DNA from: Planctomycetaceae bacterium
GTDB lineage: Bacteria; Planctomycetota; Planctomycetia; Isosphaerales; Isosphaeraceae
Assembly: GCA_019237095.1 (NCBI GenBank)
Contig: JAFAHT010000481.1
Span: forward strand, 1 to 43,491
Direction of reading: 5' to 3'
Length of the DNA stretch: 43,491 nt
In this document: piece after piece, positions 27,513-37,625 of the stretch
How the letters are laid out: every line of letters begins with the position of its first letter
How positions within the stretch are numbered: the stretch's first letter is position 1
Notes under the pieces: generated by a model
Databases searched by the model: none
What the model was told of the DNA's origin: nothing
What the model saw: only the letters and a program-made list of their open reading frames with translations
Program-made: the position numbers and the translations under genes

Positions 27513-28334
27513 TCAGATCAAGGTGATCTGGACGATTTCCGGTCGGCAGAGAAACCGCACTGGAGGGCCAACGGTGCCGACGCCGCGGGTAATGAAGACC
27601 TGGCAGCTTGGCCCTTGAACCAGGCCATGCAGATACTTCTGACCATATCGCGAGGGAACCATCGGGGCGCCAAAACCCGGCATAACAACCTGTCCACCGT
27701 GGGTGTGCCCGCTGAGGATCAGGCCGACGCGGCGGTCGCAAAGGGTCTCAGCATAGTCCGGATTGTGGGAAAGCATGATCACAGCATCCTGCGTCGTGGC
27801 ATCTCCCAGCGCGGACTGAGGATCCTGCCGGTCGGTCCAGAGATCGCCGACACCGCAGATTCGTAACCGGTCGCCTTGACGGTCGAGCCAGTACCCCATG
27901 TTGTCGGTAAGGCTGATTCCCGCCTCGGCGAGCGCATGCCGCACCGCCGGTGCGCCCTCCCAGTGGTCATGATTGCCCAGCACCGCAAAGCGGCCGATCC
28001 GGGCCTTGAGCTTGCCCAAGACCTCAATCCCCGGCTCGATGTAACGGGGATGTTGGGACACATAGTCGCCGGTCAGCAGCACGAGGTCGGGTTTGAGCGA
28101 GTTGGCGATTTCCACAATGTCCCTGACGTACGCAAGCGGCACGAACGGTCCGTGATGTACGTCGGAGATGAACGCCAAGGTCATGCCGCGAAACGCGGGC
28201 GGCAGGTTCGGCAATGTGATTGTCCGCCGCGCAAGCCGGCACCACTTGGCTTCGAGAAGCGGGTAAGTACCCGCGGCCGTCACCGAGCCCAGTGCGGTCA
28301 CACCGGCGATCTTGAAGAACTTACGTCGATCCAT
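27513..28334 (-). CDS. Calcineurin-like metallophosphoesterase (YkuE/YaeI-like) with Tat signal
   Basis: MDRRKFF twin-arginine; SDVH, TGDY, LGNHD, LSHNPD, SGHTHGGQ. Confidence 0.92.
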   Translation of the reverse strand: MDRRKFFKIAGVTALGSVTAAGTYPLLEAKWCRLARRTITLPNLPPAFRGMTLAFISDVHHGPFVPLAYVRDIVEIANSLKPDLVLLTGDYVSQHPRYIEPGIEVLGKLKARIGRFAVLGNHDHWEGAPAVRHALAEAGISLTDNMGYWLDRQGDRLRICGVGDLWTDRQDPQSALGDATTQDAVIMLSHNPDYAETLCDRRVGLILSGHTHGGQVVMPGFGAPMVPSRYGQKYLHGLVQGPSCQVFITRGVGTVGPPVRFLCRPEIVQITLI

Positions 28335-28645
28335 CGGCGTGTTCGTCTCCTTCCTGGTTTTCTGCCAGCCCCGAGAGCGGTTCCAAGCTCGTTTCCATGA
28401 TCTCCGATTACCCATCGAAACGCCAGGTGAACTGGCGACACCGCGATGCAGGCCAAGCGTTCACCAAGTGCTGTTCCGGTTGACGTTGGTCGGCCAAGGC
28501 CGTTACGATCGCCATGTATAGGCCCGCAATCATCAATCATAAGGAAATCTAGACTCGGATCAGCTCGAATCCGATGGCTTGTCGGCGATCAATGGTTTGA
28601 CCTGGCTCGAACACCTGGGCCTCACCTTGGGCATAAGTGGAAACG

Positions 28646-29407
28646 ATGCATATACTCCTCACCAATGACGATGGCGTGTTTGCCCCTGGGCTGCGAGCCC
28701 TGCGCAAGGAGCTTATGTGCCTGGGAGACGTCACGGTAGTGGCGCCGGCTCTGGAACAAAGTGGCGTGGCGCATACGATCACGCTGCTCACGCCCTTGGT
28801 TGTCAAGCAAGTGGACGAAGAAGACGGCTCAACCCTCGGCTGGATGGTTGAAGGTTCGCCGGCGGACAGCGTCAAGCTAGCCATTTGCGAGCTGATGGCC
28901 CGGCCTCCGGACCTGATCATCTCGGGGATCAACTCCGGCTCGAACGCCGGGATCAACGTGCTCTACTCGGGCACGGTCGCCGCCGCGATCGAGGGAGCCT
29001 TTTTCAAAATCACCAGCATCGCCGTCTCCCTTGAGCTGTCCGAGCACTTCGACTTCCCCTACGCGGCCAAACAAGCCATGCGGGTCATCGAGAAGATCTT
29101 GGCCCATAAGCCGCCCAACGGCTCGCTCTTCAACGTGAACCTGCCTGCGCACTCACGGGGCGAGCCCAAGGGCGTTCGCGTCGTCCCCATGGGACTGGGC
29201 CGCTACGGCGAGGGCTTCGAGCGCCGCCAGGACCCCCGAGGCCGCACTTATTACTGGCTAACCTACAATCCGCCGCACGACGTCCGCGGACCGGAGACCG
29301 ACGTTTCCAGCCTTTGCGAAGGCTACATCACGGTTACCCCCTTGCACTTCGACCTGACCCGCCACGACCGCATCGGCGACGTCAGCCGGTGGAAATGGGG
29401 CGAGTAA
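28646..29407 (+). CDS. surE: 5'/3'-nucleotidase SurE
   Basis: ILLTNDDG, VAP..EQSG, GSPADSV, SGINSGSN.G...YSGTVAAA.EG. Confidence 0.96.
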   Translation: MHILLTNDDGVFAPGLRALRKELMCLGDVTVVAPALEQSGVAHTITLLTPLVVKQVDEEDGSTLGWMVEGSPADSVKLAICELMARPPDLIISGINSGSNAGINVLYSGTVAAAIEGAFFKITSIAVSLELSEHFDFPYAAKQAMRVIEKILAHKPPNGSLFNVNLPAHSRGEPKGVRVVPMGLGRYGEGFERRQDPRGRTYYWLTYNPPHDVRGPETDVSSLCEGYITVTPLHFDLTRHDRIGDVSRWKWGE

Positions 29408-29475
29408 TACCCCTGGCATGTTCGCGAAGGCCCGCAAACCGTCCCAACGAGCACCTTGAGTTTGGAGAGAACCCC

Positions 29476-30009
29476 ATGCATCCGCGATCACAATGGGCCT
29501 TCTCGTGCCGTGACCTTCGATATTTGTCTGTCCTGACGATCCTCGCCGCTCTGGTTCTCTCTGCTGGCTGTGAGGAGGAGCGGAACGTTGGCGACAAGCC
29601 GAACGGCCAAGCCAAGGCCAAATCGTCAACGCCTACCAAGCCCGAATTCATCGTGGGCAAGCGGACCCAGGAGATCAAGAACGCCGCTACCGAGCTCAAG
29701 AAAGGGGGTACCATTGTCGCGACGACCAAGATTACCGCGAAGGATCCGATCACACTACCAGGCAACGCTTATGTCACCATCATCGGCCAGACGTCGATCC
29801 TCAACATGCAACACGCCATGGACCTTTACCACGCCGAGAACGATCGTTATCCCAAGAATTACGATGAGTTCATGAACGAGATCATCAAGGCCAACAACAT
29901 CGCCCTGCCCCAGCTCCCCTATTACCAGAAGTACGGCTACGACGAGAAGGAGCACAAGCTAGTGATCCTCGAGTACGAAGACCTCAAGAACCAGCCGCTC
30001 GGCCGGTGA
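29476..30009 (+). CDS. Putative lipoprotein, unknown function
   Basis: Lipobox LSAGC after a hydrophobic stretch; GGAG RBS. Confidence 0.7.
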   Translation: MHPRSQWAFSCRDLRYLSVLTILAALVLSAGCEEERNVGDKPNGQAKAKSSTPTKPEFIVGKRTQEIKNAATELKKGGTIVATTKITAKDPITLPGNAYVTIIGQTSILNMQHAMDLYHAENDRYPKNYDEFMNEIIKANNIALPQLPYYQKYGYDEKEHKLVILEYEDLKNQPLGR

Positions 30010-30049
30010 TTGCCGCACCGACAATGATCGTAGCATTCGAAAGCCATCG

Positions 30050-30805
30050 TCAACGCAGTTCTTCGCTGCTGTTATCTTGGACAGGAGTGGGAACGCTGGG
30101 GCGACCGTGGGACCGTACACCGTTGGAGCGCCTGCGGGGACGGATGCCAGGACCAACCGAACCAGGAACCCTCTGGTTCACATCACCTTGGCCTCTGCCC
30201 CCGGTTGTCGAGGGGGACGGTGATCGGGGGACCAACACCGCGCCTTCCGTCATGGACACCGGTGTGATCCGGTTCACCTTCCAGACGCCCGGCTCGGTTT
30301 CCTGAAAACCCAGCGACCATGTGGAATTGGCCGTACCCACATTGTAGGTCACCATTGATGTCCGCAGCGTTCCCTTGGCGTAAACTCGGAACTCGGCCGT
30401 CCCCCGTCGTGTCTGCCGTCCCCCGCTGGTCTGCAGGTCCTGGATGTGTACGAAGTCAAAGGCCGCATTAGCCAGGTTCGCGCGAATTAATCCCCACGTC
30501 GCTTCTCCCGAAAGTGATATCCCGTCCTGCACATACTCGACATCCGGCGTTAGCTGCGCCAGGACATCCTCAGGATTGGCTGCCAGCACGGCTCGCCTCA
30601 GTTCATAAACCACGCTCTCGATCCGCTCGTTGTCGGTCACCCACAGGCGCTCAATCACCACGACCGCCAGGGCCAGCCCCAGCGCCGTCAGCGCCCAGGC
30701 CAGGTACTTCCCCTGCTGTGTGACCTTGAGTGCCATCAGGAAGGCCCCGGCCACAAGTACGAGGAACCCGGCCAGATAGGTCGGATCTTCCGAGAGAAAT
30801 GTCAT
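30050..30805 (-). CDS. Hypothetical membrane protein with an NTF2/SnoaL-like soluble domain
   Basis: Two N-terminal TMs, then VTDNERIE...LTPDV...WKVNRI. Confidence 0.6.
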   Translation of the reverse strand: MTFLSEDPTYLAGFLVLVAGAFLMALKVTQQGKYLAWALTALGLALAVVVIERLWVTDNERIESVVYELRRAVLAANPEDVLAQLTPDVEYVQDGISLSGEATWGLIRANLANAAFDFVHIQDLQTSGGRQTRRGTAEFRVYAKGTLRTSMVTYNVGTANSTWSLGFQETEPGVWKVNRITPVSMTEGAVLVPRSPSPSTTGGRGQGDVNQRVPGSVGPGIRPRRRSNGVRSHGRPSVPTPVQDNSSEELR

Positions 30806-30906
30806 CGGGAGCTACTCCCTCGGTCCGCCGTCTATGACATGTGTCGTATACCATCGATTCTATCCGTTCTTGACGCGATGGGAAGATGACTTTGTCGGAA
30901 CAGTTG

Positions 30907-32061
30907 TCACTCCTCAGGCTTTTTCTTCTCGTCCGCCTCTCCAGGTTTCCCGGCCGCATCGGCTTCCTTGGGCTTGGGAGCCTCCACGGCTTTGGCCTGG
31001 CCCTTCTTGGCCGCTGGCTTCTCAGGGGCTTGGGTGTGCCGTACGGTCTGGATCTCGGAAACGGTGACAGGGGTCAGGTTATACCTGGGTTCCCAATCGA
31101 TGGGGCGGAGCTTGATGGTTGGCTCGAGAAACCGCATGATAGCCGGGGTGACCTTGGGCTCGAGCCGCATCAGCTTGTAGCCGTGCAGCGATGAGGGGAA
31201 GAGTTCGACCTTGTTGAGCCGCGCTCGCTCGACCAGCCGGCGGACGGACTCCACGGCGTCCTTGGAGGCATTGTCCTTACTGCCGGCCAGCAGCGCCAGA
31301 GGGATTCGCGGAGCGAGCGATGGGAGAATATGCCCCAGCACATAACCGGAGCCTGCGGGATAGGGAGAGATGAGCACCAAGGCATTGAGGTCGCTGGGCC
31401 GGCCCTCGGTCGCGACGGCTGCTCCTGGCTGATAGGCCCAGGCCACGGCAAGGTTAGCTCCTTCGCCCACCGCGATTATCCCGAACTTGGCCACATTGAA
31501 ATCACCCCGGTTATGCCGGTCGAGCAGAAACACATAGGCCGCCTGAAGGTCCTCAGCTAAAAGGGGACGATCGCTGGCACTCAATACCCGCCTGGGGTTC
31601 TGGCCCTGACCTCGGAGGTCCATGCTGAAGACAGCATAGCCTTCCTCTTGCAGGTGCTCGGCCAGCCCTAGCCCCTTGAGCTCGGTCACAGCCTCTTCAA
31701 AGTCCTTGCGTGATCGATTAGCCTCATGGACGAGCATGACAACCGGCGCGGTCGAGCCCAGTTTGGATGGGTAATACGAGGCTGCCAGCGGACTGCCGTC
31801 GAACGAGTGCAGCTTGAAGGTATAGTGATAGGTTCCGGCCCCGGCCGCCTTGGCTTTCCCCTTGGCATCGGCCCCATCAGCCTTGGCCAGTGGATCACCC
31901 GCCTCGGGGCGGGCCTTCTTGAGCGGCGCTCCGCCCTGGTTGTGAATGCGGCCGCGGTTCTGCCCTGGTTGTGCCTGGGCTGCCACGATACTGACCGTCA
32001 TCAAGGACACCACAACCACTGTCAGTGCCTTTTCGACCCACCCGCCATGCCCGCTTCCCAT
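30907..32061 (-). CDS. Secreted alpha/beta-hydrolase-fold protein lacking the nucleophilic Ser
   Basis: VMLVH, DLRGQG, elbow GIIAVGEGANLA, LVLISP, GSKD, LHG. Confidence 0.75.
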   Translation of the reverse strand: MGSGHGGWVEKALTVVVVSLMTVSIVAAQAQPGQNRGRIHNQGGAPLKKARPEAGDPLAKADGADAKGKAKAAGAGTYHYTFKLHSFDGSPLAASYYPSKLGSTAPVVMLVHEANRSRKDFEEAVTELKGLGLAEHLQEEGYAVFSMDLRGQGQNPRRVLSASDRPLLAEDLQAAYVFLLDRHNRGDFNVAKFGIIAVGEGANLAVAWAYQPGAAVATEGRPSDLNALVLISPYPAGSGYVLGHILPSLAPRIPLALLAGSKDNASKDAVESVRRLVERARLNKVELFPSSLHGYKLMRLEPKVTPAIMRFLEPTIKLRPIDWEPRYNLTPVTVSEIQTVRHTQAPEKPAAKKGQAKAVEAPKPKEADAAGKPGEADEKKKPEE

Positions 32062-32335
32062 TATGTTTCCATCCCCTCAGGTCGTCTGCTCGTCTGCACC
32101 GAACTTGCTCCTGGGCAGCTCCAGTCACTCATCGTAAGGTCAAGCGCGGCAATGGACAAGTGCCGTCAGCGACCTCAGCCCTGAAGGGCGGGGCTTGCCG
32201 AAGAAATTCGGTTAGCCTCTAATGGTTCTCATGAGACGATCGGCTCAAAGTCAAAACTCCGGCAGACCCACGCGGAGGCTCGATGTTTCTGAAGGTTGAC
32301 CGAACCCTACAACAGAATTGTGACTGATTACTAAT

Positions 32336-33517
32336 ATGATCAAATCAAGATCATTAGAGCTCAGGGCACTGCTCCTTCTGGCCGCGGTCGCGTTTGGCGT
32401 GACCTACCTGGTTACCCGGTCTACCCGAGGAGAGAAAGAATCGTCCGAAGCAGTGGCCACGTCCCCGACAGCGCCGGTCTCCTCAAGCCCTTCGGCCCCG
32501 GTAATCGCGAAAGGTCCTGGCGAAGCGCCTGCGGGCATGGTGTGGATACCCGGCGGTGAATTTCTCATGGGCACCGATGATTCTCAGGCCAACCCCGTGG
32601 AGCGGCCGGCGCATCGAGTCAGGGTGGAGGGGTTATGGATCGACCAGACCGAGGTCACCAACTCCCAGTTTCAACGGTTCGTCGAGGCTACCGGTTACAA
32701 AACCACGGCGGAGCGCCCGGTTGACTGGGAGCAGTTGAAGACCCAGGTTTCGCCAGGGACAGCTAAGCCTCCTGACGAGCAGCTCGCGCCCGGCTCGCTG
32801 GTCTTCACACCTCCCGACTGCCCCGTTCCCCTGGACGACATCACAAACTGGTGGAAGTGGGTTCCCGGTGCGAGCTGGTGCCACCCCGAGGGACCGGGCA
32901 GCTCGATCGCTGGCAAGGATGATTTTCCCGTCGTGCACGTCTCCTGGGATGATGCCGTTGCTTATGCCAGGTGGGCGAGCAAACGTCTGCCAACGGAGGC
33001 CGAGTGGGAATTTGCCTGCCGCGGCGGCCTGGAAGGTAAGGCATACGCCTGGGGCGACGAGTTCCAGCCGGCAGGCAAGTACCAGGCCAACACCTGGCAA
33101 GGGCACTTCCCGGATATCAACAGCGACGAGGACGGCTTTCCCCGGCTTTCCCCCGTGAAATCGTTTCCCCCGAATAGTTATGGTGTTCACGACATGATTG
33201 GCAACGTCTGGGAGTGGTGCTCAGACTGGTATCGGCCCGACACTTATCGCCGTGACGCCAGCTCTTCACGGGTGGTCAATCCCACGGGGCCGGAGAAGAG
33301 CTACGACCCGGATGAGCCCTATCAGCCCAAACGGGTCACGCGCGGTGGGTCGTTCCTGTGCAGCTCCAATTACTGCACCAATTATCGCCCTAGCGCCCGC
33401 CGCGGGACGGCCATCGATTCAGGGATGTCTCACCTGGGCTTCCGCTGCGTGCTGACCCCCGACATGCAGAGCCGGAACAGCCAGCAGCCACCAGGCGGGA
33501 AGTCAACCACCCCATAG
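32336..33517 (+). CDS. Formylglycine-generating enzyme family protein (FGE/SUMF1)
   Basis: EVTNSQF, PVVHVSW.DA, RLPTEAEWE, GNVWEW, RGGSFLCSSNYC (both catalytic Cys), GFRC. Confidence 0.93.
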   Translation: MIKSRSLELRALLLLAAVAFGVTYLVTRSTRGEKESSEAVATSPTAPVSSSPSAPVIAKGPGEAPAGMVWIPGGEFLMGTDDSQANPVERPAHRVRVEGLWIDQTEVTNSQFQRFVEATGYKTTAERPVDWEQLKTQVSPGTAKPPDEQLAPGSLVFTPPDCPVPLDDITNWWKWVPGASWCHPEGPGSSIAGKDDFPVVHVSWDDAVAYARWASKRLPTEAEWEFACRGGLEGKAYAWGDEFQPAGKYQANTWQGHFPDINSDEDGFPRLSPVKSFPPNSYGVHDMIGNVWEWCSDWYRPDTYRRDASSSRVVNPTGPEKSYDPDEPYQPKRVTRGGSFLCSSNYCTNYRPSARRGTAIDSGMSHLGFRCVLTPDMQSRNSQQPPGGKSTTP

Positions 33518-33530
33518 CTAAAGCTAGGGG

Positions 33531-33572
33531 CTTGGACCTGTACTAAGTTCACTTGGACTTGTACTAAGTTCA
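33531..33572. repeat. Tandem 21-bp quasi-palindromic repeat x2
   Basis: CTTGGACCTGTACTAAGTTCA / CTTGGACTTGTACTAAGTTCA. Confidence 0.85.
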
Positions 33573-33621
33573 AAGGAATGATTTCCCGAACACGGCATGA
33601 AGAACAGCCCGAGCTCGGAGG

Positions 33622-33846
33622 CGGGTCGTAGTAGGGGTTGGAGGCGTTACCGGGCACGGCGATCCGATGATAGGTCAGCACCACCAGCGCCGGCCGCCTC
33701 AGGGCAATCTGCTCCAGAAGCCCGATTAATCCCAGCGACCCGAACGCTCGGGCCAAGAGCTCGGGCTTGTTGGTAATTCGATCGAGCAGGCGGCGAGGCA
33801 AGGGAAGCAGGCTCCATGGAGGCGAAATCGGCAACGCCCAGGGCAT
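33622..33846 (-). pseudogene. N-terminal fragment of a polysaccharide deacetylase (NodB/CE4)
   Basis: LVVLTYHRI...PYYDP, after which similarity is lost; no TFDDG motif. Confidence 0.65.
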
Positions 33847-34246
33847 GCTTGCGGTCTAAGAAAACATTATTGATGGACGTCTCAATCCGCAGTATCATTA
33901 TCTCGAAGACTCGGCTCGCCAGGGAACGAGCCCACGCCGCCTGGCCGTAGGCAGGAGCCAAGCCGTCAAAGCGAACGCAAGTCGCTTTTTTGTGTAATAC
34001 CCTAGCCATCTCGCATCGGAATTTGAAGCTTAGCCTTGTCGTGCTCGACGTCGTTTTTATTCAACGTTTCATTCGCGAATGAGGATTCTGCAAAGCAAAT
34101 CGGAAGATTCCTATCAAACATCCGTAGGATGATTGGCGGGCGGGATCGACCAGCCAGTGCTTTTGTGCACGTATTCGAAGTGGGTCGGCACAGGTCGTCA
34201 TCACGAGACTCCAGCTCAGTTTTGCGGTTTTTTTAGGACCATGATC

Positions 34247-35188
34247 ATGCGGCGGACAACCCTTTGGCCTCTCATCGCTTCTCTTGCCGTGCTGGCAGTG
34301 GGGCTCTGGTGGGCGTTCTGGCCGATACTCGTCGCCATGGCGGTACGGTGGTCCAACGATCCGCGGTACGCGCATGGCTATCTCGTCCCCATGTTTTCGC
34401 TGGCGATGCTCTGGATCAGGCGAAGCCAGATTTCAGGGGAAGAGTTGCGATCGAGCAGTCTGGGGTTGGCGCTCGTCGCCTTGGGGGCGGTCATTTTGCT
34501 GGTCGGTGGATATTTTCGCCAGGGAACGATCGAGGGACTAGCGCTTCTAGCCTATCTCGCCGGGGTTGCAATGGTGGTGGGAGGATGGCCCGCTTTGCGA
34601 TGGTCGTGGCCTTCGATCATGTTCCTGTTTTTCATGATCCCGCTCCCTTGGCGGATTGAGAATGCCCTCGGACCGCCACTTCAGTGGCTCGCGACTCTGG
34701 CCAGCACATTCGCGCTGCAAACCCTGGGTTTCATGGCATTCGCGGAAGGCAATGTGATCCAGTTGAATGATGCCAAGATCGGAGTCGTGGAAGCCTGTAG
34801 CGGTCTCAGCATGGTGATCACGTTCATCGCATTGTCTGTGGGCATGGCTCTGGTCGTCAATCGCCCGGTTCTTGACAGGATCGTCTTGGTTCTTAGCGCG
34901 ATCCCGGTTGCCCTGCTGGCGAATGTCGCACGCATCACGCTGACAGGCGTCCTCCATGAGACGATTGGCGGGCAGATCGCGGATAAGTTCTATCACGATT
35001 TTGCCGGCTGGGTGATGATCCCCATCGCGCTCCTCCTTTACTGGTGCGAGATCTGGATTTTCTCGCATATTCTCGTCGAAGTGGAAGCGACGCCTGTTCT
35101 GGTCGGCGTATCCAACAGTGGGCGCTGGGCGGCCACCCAGTCGCCCAATCCGTCGCCCACTGTTCCTCGAGCGCGCCGAGGACGCTGA
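34247..35188 (+). CDS. Exosortase/archaeosortase family transpeptidase (EpsH-like)
   Basis: W..DPRYAHG, FMIPLP, EACSG (Cys), ANVARI (Arg), YHD (His), about 8 TMs. Confidence 0.93.
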   Translation: MRRTTLWPLIASLAVLAVGLWWAFWPILVAMAVRWSNDPRYAHGYLVPMFSLAMLWIRRSQISGEELRSSSLGLALVALGAVILLVGGYFRQGTIEGLALLAYLAGVAMVVGGWPALRWSWPSIMFLFFMIPLPWRIENALGPPLQWLATLASTFALQTLGFMAFAEGNVIQLNDAKIGVVEACSGLSMVITFIALSVGMALVVNRPVLDRIVLVLSAIPVALLANVARITLTGVLHETIGGQIADKFYHDFAGWVMIPIALLLYWCEIWIFSHILVEVEATPVLVGVSNSGRWAATQSPNPSPTVPRARRGR

Positions 35189-35276
35189 TCTCCAGCGACC
35201 GAGCCTCGGTAGCTCTTGACGATCTGTTCGGCCGTGATCCGCAACACACTTTCTCGAACTGTTCAGGTACTCGGTG

Positions 35277-37625
35277 ATGAACCAGGAAAATTGTGTCACA
35301 GGTGAGCTGACCGGACCGATTTCGACAACTGCAACAGTCGTGGACACCATCGGCAGTGATGAAACCGGGATGATCGTCCCCTCGGCCTCGGCTTATCCCA
35401 TGGTTGTTCATTCCCAGCCGACCTCCAGCCCCAGCCCGATGGGTTTGCTCAGGGCGCTCAAACGTCGGCTGGCACTGGCGTTGGGACTGGCAATCATGGT
35501 GTCGGGTGCCAGTTCGATAGCTGCTTGGTTTCTGCTCCCCCCCCCGAATTACCAGGCTCAGTCCAAGGTGCTGGTGAGGACGGCGACACCGCAAATCATG
35601 TGGAAGACCGTCGACACCGAGGCGGAGAGGGGCGACGAATACCAGCGTTTCCAGAAGAGCCAGTTGATCCAGCTCAAGAGCCGATTCGTCATCAACGCCG
35701 CGCTGGGGCAGCGCGGAATCAACGATCTCAAGATGGTCCGGGAGCAAGCGAAGCCGACTGATTGGCTTGTGGAGAATCTGCAAGCCCAGTTTCTTCAGGG
35801 ATCCGAGGTCATGCAGATCTCCCTCGATGGCCAGGACCCCGAGGAGCTGGCGCGGCTGGTCAATGCCGTTACGAAGACCTACATCGAGGAAGTGGCCAAC
35901 GGGGATCTGAAGAAGCGAATGGAACGGCGGGAGTTCCTCAAGAGGCTCAGCAGCGCGAAGTTCGCGGATTTGAAAAGTCGTCGCGATGCGCTGCGAACGC
36001 TCGCTCAGAGGGCAGGGTCGGATGACCGGCAGACACTTGTCCTGAAGCAGCAGTACGCGATCGAGCTCGGCACGGACGTCCGGAGAGACCTGCGTGAGGT
36101 TCAATCCCAGAAGCGAAAGCTCGAGGCAATGATCAAGGTCCAGCGCCCTGAGGCTTTGCATGAGACAGCAGCCCCGATGGTCTCGAACGACGCCGTGGCG
36201 CGTCTGATCGAGCAAGATCCGGAAGTCAGTGACCTGAAGGCAAAGCTCGCTGCCGCGTCAGTACGACTCGCATCGGAATCCGTTTACACGGGGCGTGTCG
36301 CCCGCAATTCGGGCATGAATCCCGCCCTGAAAACCCTGCGCGACGAGGTCGAGCTGATCAACAAACAACTGGAACGGAAACGCAAGGCGATCCGACCGTC
36401 CGTGATCCAGCAGCTCCAGAATCCCCAGGACGACGGCCAGTTAGTCAAAGGTGGCAGCCTGGAGCAGCAACTGGCAGTCGCCACTGAGCTCGAGGCGAGC
36501 TTGCAGGAGGAGGTCAAGAATCTCTCCCAGACGGACCAGGTGCTGACCGACAACACACTCGACCTCCAGGACAACAAGTACGAGCTCAATCAGATCGAGG
36601 ACGCCGCGACCAAGATCGCCGCGGAAGTTGAGAAGTTGGACATCGAAGTTCAAGCACCCCCGCGAATCAGTCTGATCGAAGATGCCGTTCCCCCGACTAC
36701 CAGAAACGCGAAAAAGTGGTACATGGCATTTGGCATGATCGCGCTCGGCTCGTTCTTGGGAACTCTATTCTTGATCGCATTTCTGGAGCTGCAGACCCGG
36801 AAAGTCGACTCGGCCGATGAGGTCGTGGGGGACTTGGGGCTCGCGGTGGTCGGGTCCTTGCCGATGCTGCCGGCCAGGGCGCGACGAAACGGCGTCATAG
36901 CGCATCAGGAGAAGGACCGCTACTGGCACAGCCTGCTCCTCGAATCGATCGACGCCACCCGCACGATGCTGATCCATGCAGCCCATTCGGGCTCGCACCG
37001 GGTGGTCATGATCGCGAGCGCTCTGCCGGGTGAAGGAAAGACATCCCTGGCCAGCCATCTGGCGACCAGCCTGGCCCGAAGTGGTCAGAAAACTCTGCTT
37101 ATCGATGCCGACCTGCGGTGCCCGTCGATTCACCGCCTTTTCGATCTGACCCCCAATCCTGGCCTGAGTGAGTTGCTCAAAGGCGAGGTTGCACTCGATG
37201 ACGTGATCGTCTTCACGGCCGTCGAGGAGCTCAAAGTAATTACCGCCGGACAATGTGACCCGCAGACTTTGAGGATCTTGTCGCAGGGAGGGCTGGGCGG
37301 TCTCTTCGCCCGGCTCAAGGAGCAATATGATTTTGTGATCGTTGACTCCTCGCCGATCTTGCCGGTTGCCGACGCCCTGATCATTGCCCAGCAAGTGGAT
37401 GCGGTTCTGTTCTCAATCCTTGCCGATGTGAGCCGGAAGACCAAGATTCTGGCAGCCTATCAGCGGATCGCGGCCCTGGGGGTCAAGGTGCTTGGCGCCG
37501 TTGTGACGGGGGCCCACGATCGTAGTAACTACGGCGACAAATACTACTCAGCGTACGCAGGGGGGTACCATTCCACCCCGTCTGATGCAGCGAAAACCAC
37601 GACAGAGACCGAAGCAGTGTCATGA
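35277..37625 (+). CDS. Polysaccharide co-polymerase / BY-kinase (Wzc-like)
   Basis: Two TMs around a coiled coil; Walker A GEGKT, IDADLR, IVDSSP; C-terminal Tyr cluster NYGDKYYSAYAGGY. Confidence 0.92.
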   Translation: MNQENCVTGELTGPISTTATVVDTIGSDETGMIVPSASAYPMVVHSQPTSSPSPMGLLRALKRRLALALGLAIMVSGASSIAAWFLLPPPNYQAQSKVLVRTATPQIMWKTVDTEAERGDEYQRFQKSQLIQLKSRFVINAALGQRGINDLKMVREQAKPTDWLVENLQAQFLQGSEVMQISLDGQDPEELARLVNAVTKTYIEEVANGDLKKRMERREFLKRLSSAKFADLKSRRDALRTLAQRAGSDDRQTLVLKQQYAIELGTDVRRDLREVQSQKRKLEAMIKVQRPEALHETAAPMVSNDAVARLIEQDPEVSDLKAKLAAASVRLASESVYTGRVARNSGMNPALKTLRDEVELINKQLERKRKAIRPSVIQQLQNPQDDGQLVKGGSLEQQLAVATELEASLQEEVKNLSQTDQVLTDNTLDLQDNKYELNQIEDAATKIAAEVEKLDIEVQAPPRISLIEDAVPPTTRNAKKWYMAFGMIALGSFLGTLFLIAFLELQTRKVDSADEVVGDLGLAVVGSLPMLPARARRNGVIAHQEKDRYWHSLLLESIDATRTMLIHAAHSGSHRVVMIASALPGEGKTSLASHLATSLARSGQKTLLIDADLRCPSIHRLFDLTPNPGLSELLKGEVALDDVIVFTAVEELKVITAGQCDPQTLRILSQGGLGGLFARLKEQYDFVIVDSSPILPVADALIIAQQVDAVLFSILADVSRKTKILAAYQRIAALGVKVLGAVVTGAHDRSNYGDKYYSAYAGGYHSTPSDAAKTTTETEAVS

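Noticed and set aside
35044-35277. Alternative exosortase tail ending in a TGATG overlap with wzc (possible frameshift)
   Set aside because: The catalytic domain is complete either way; cannot be distinguished from chance without reads or orthologs
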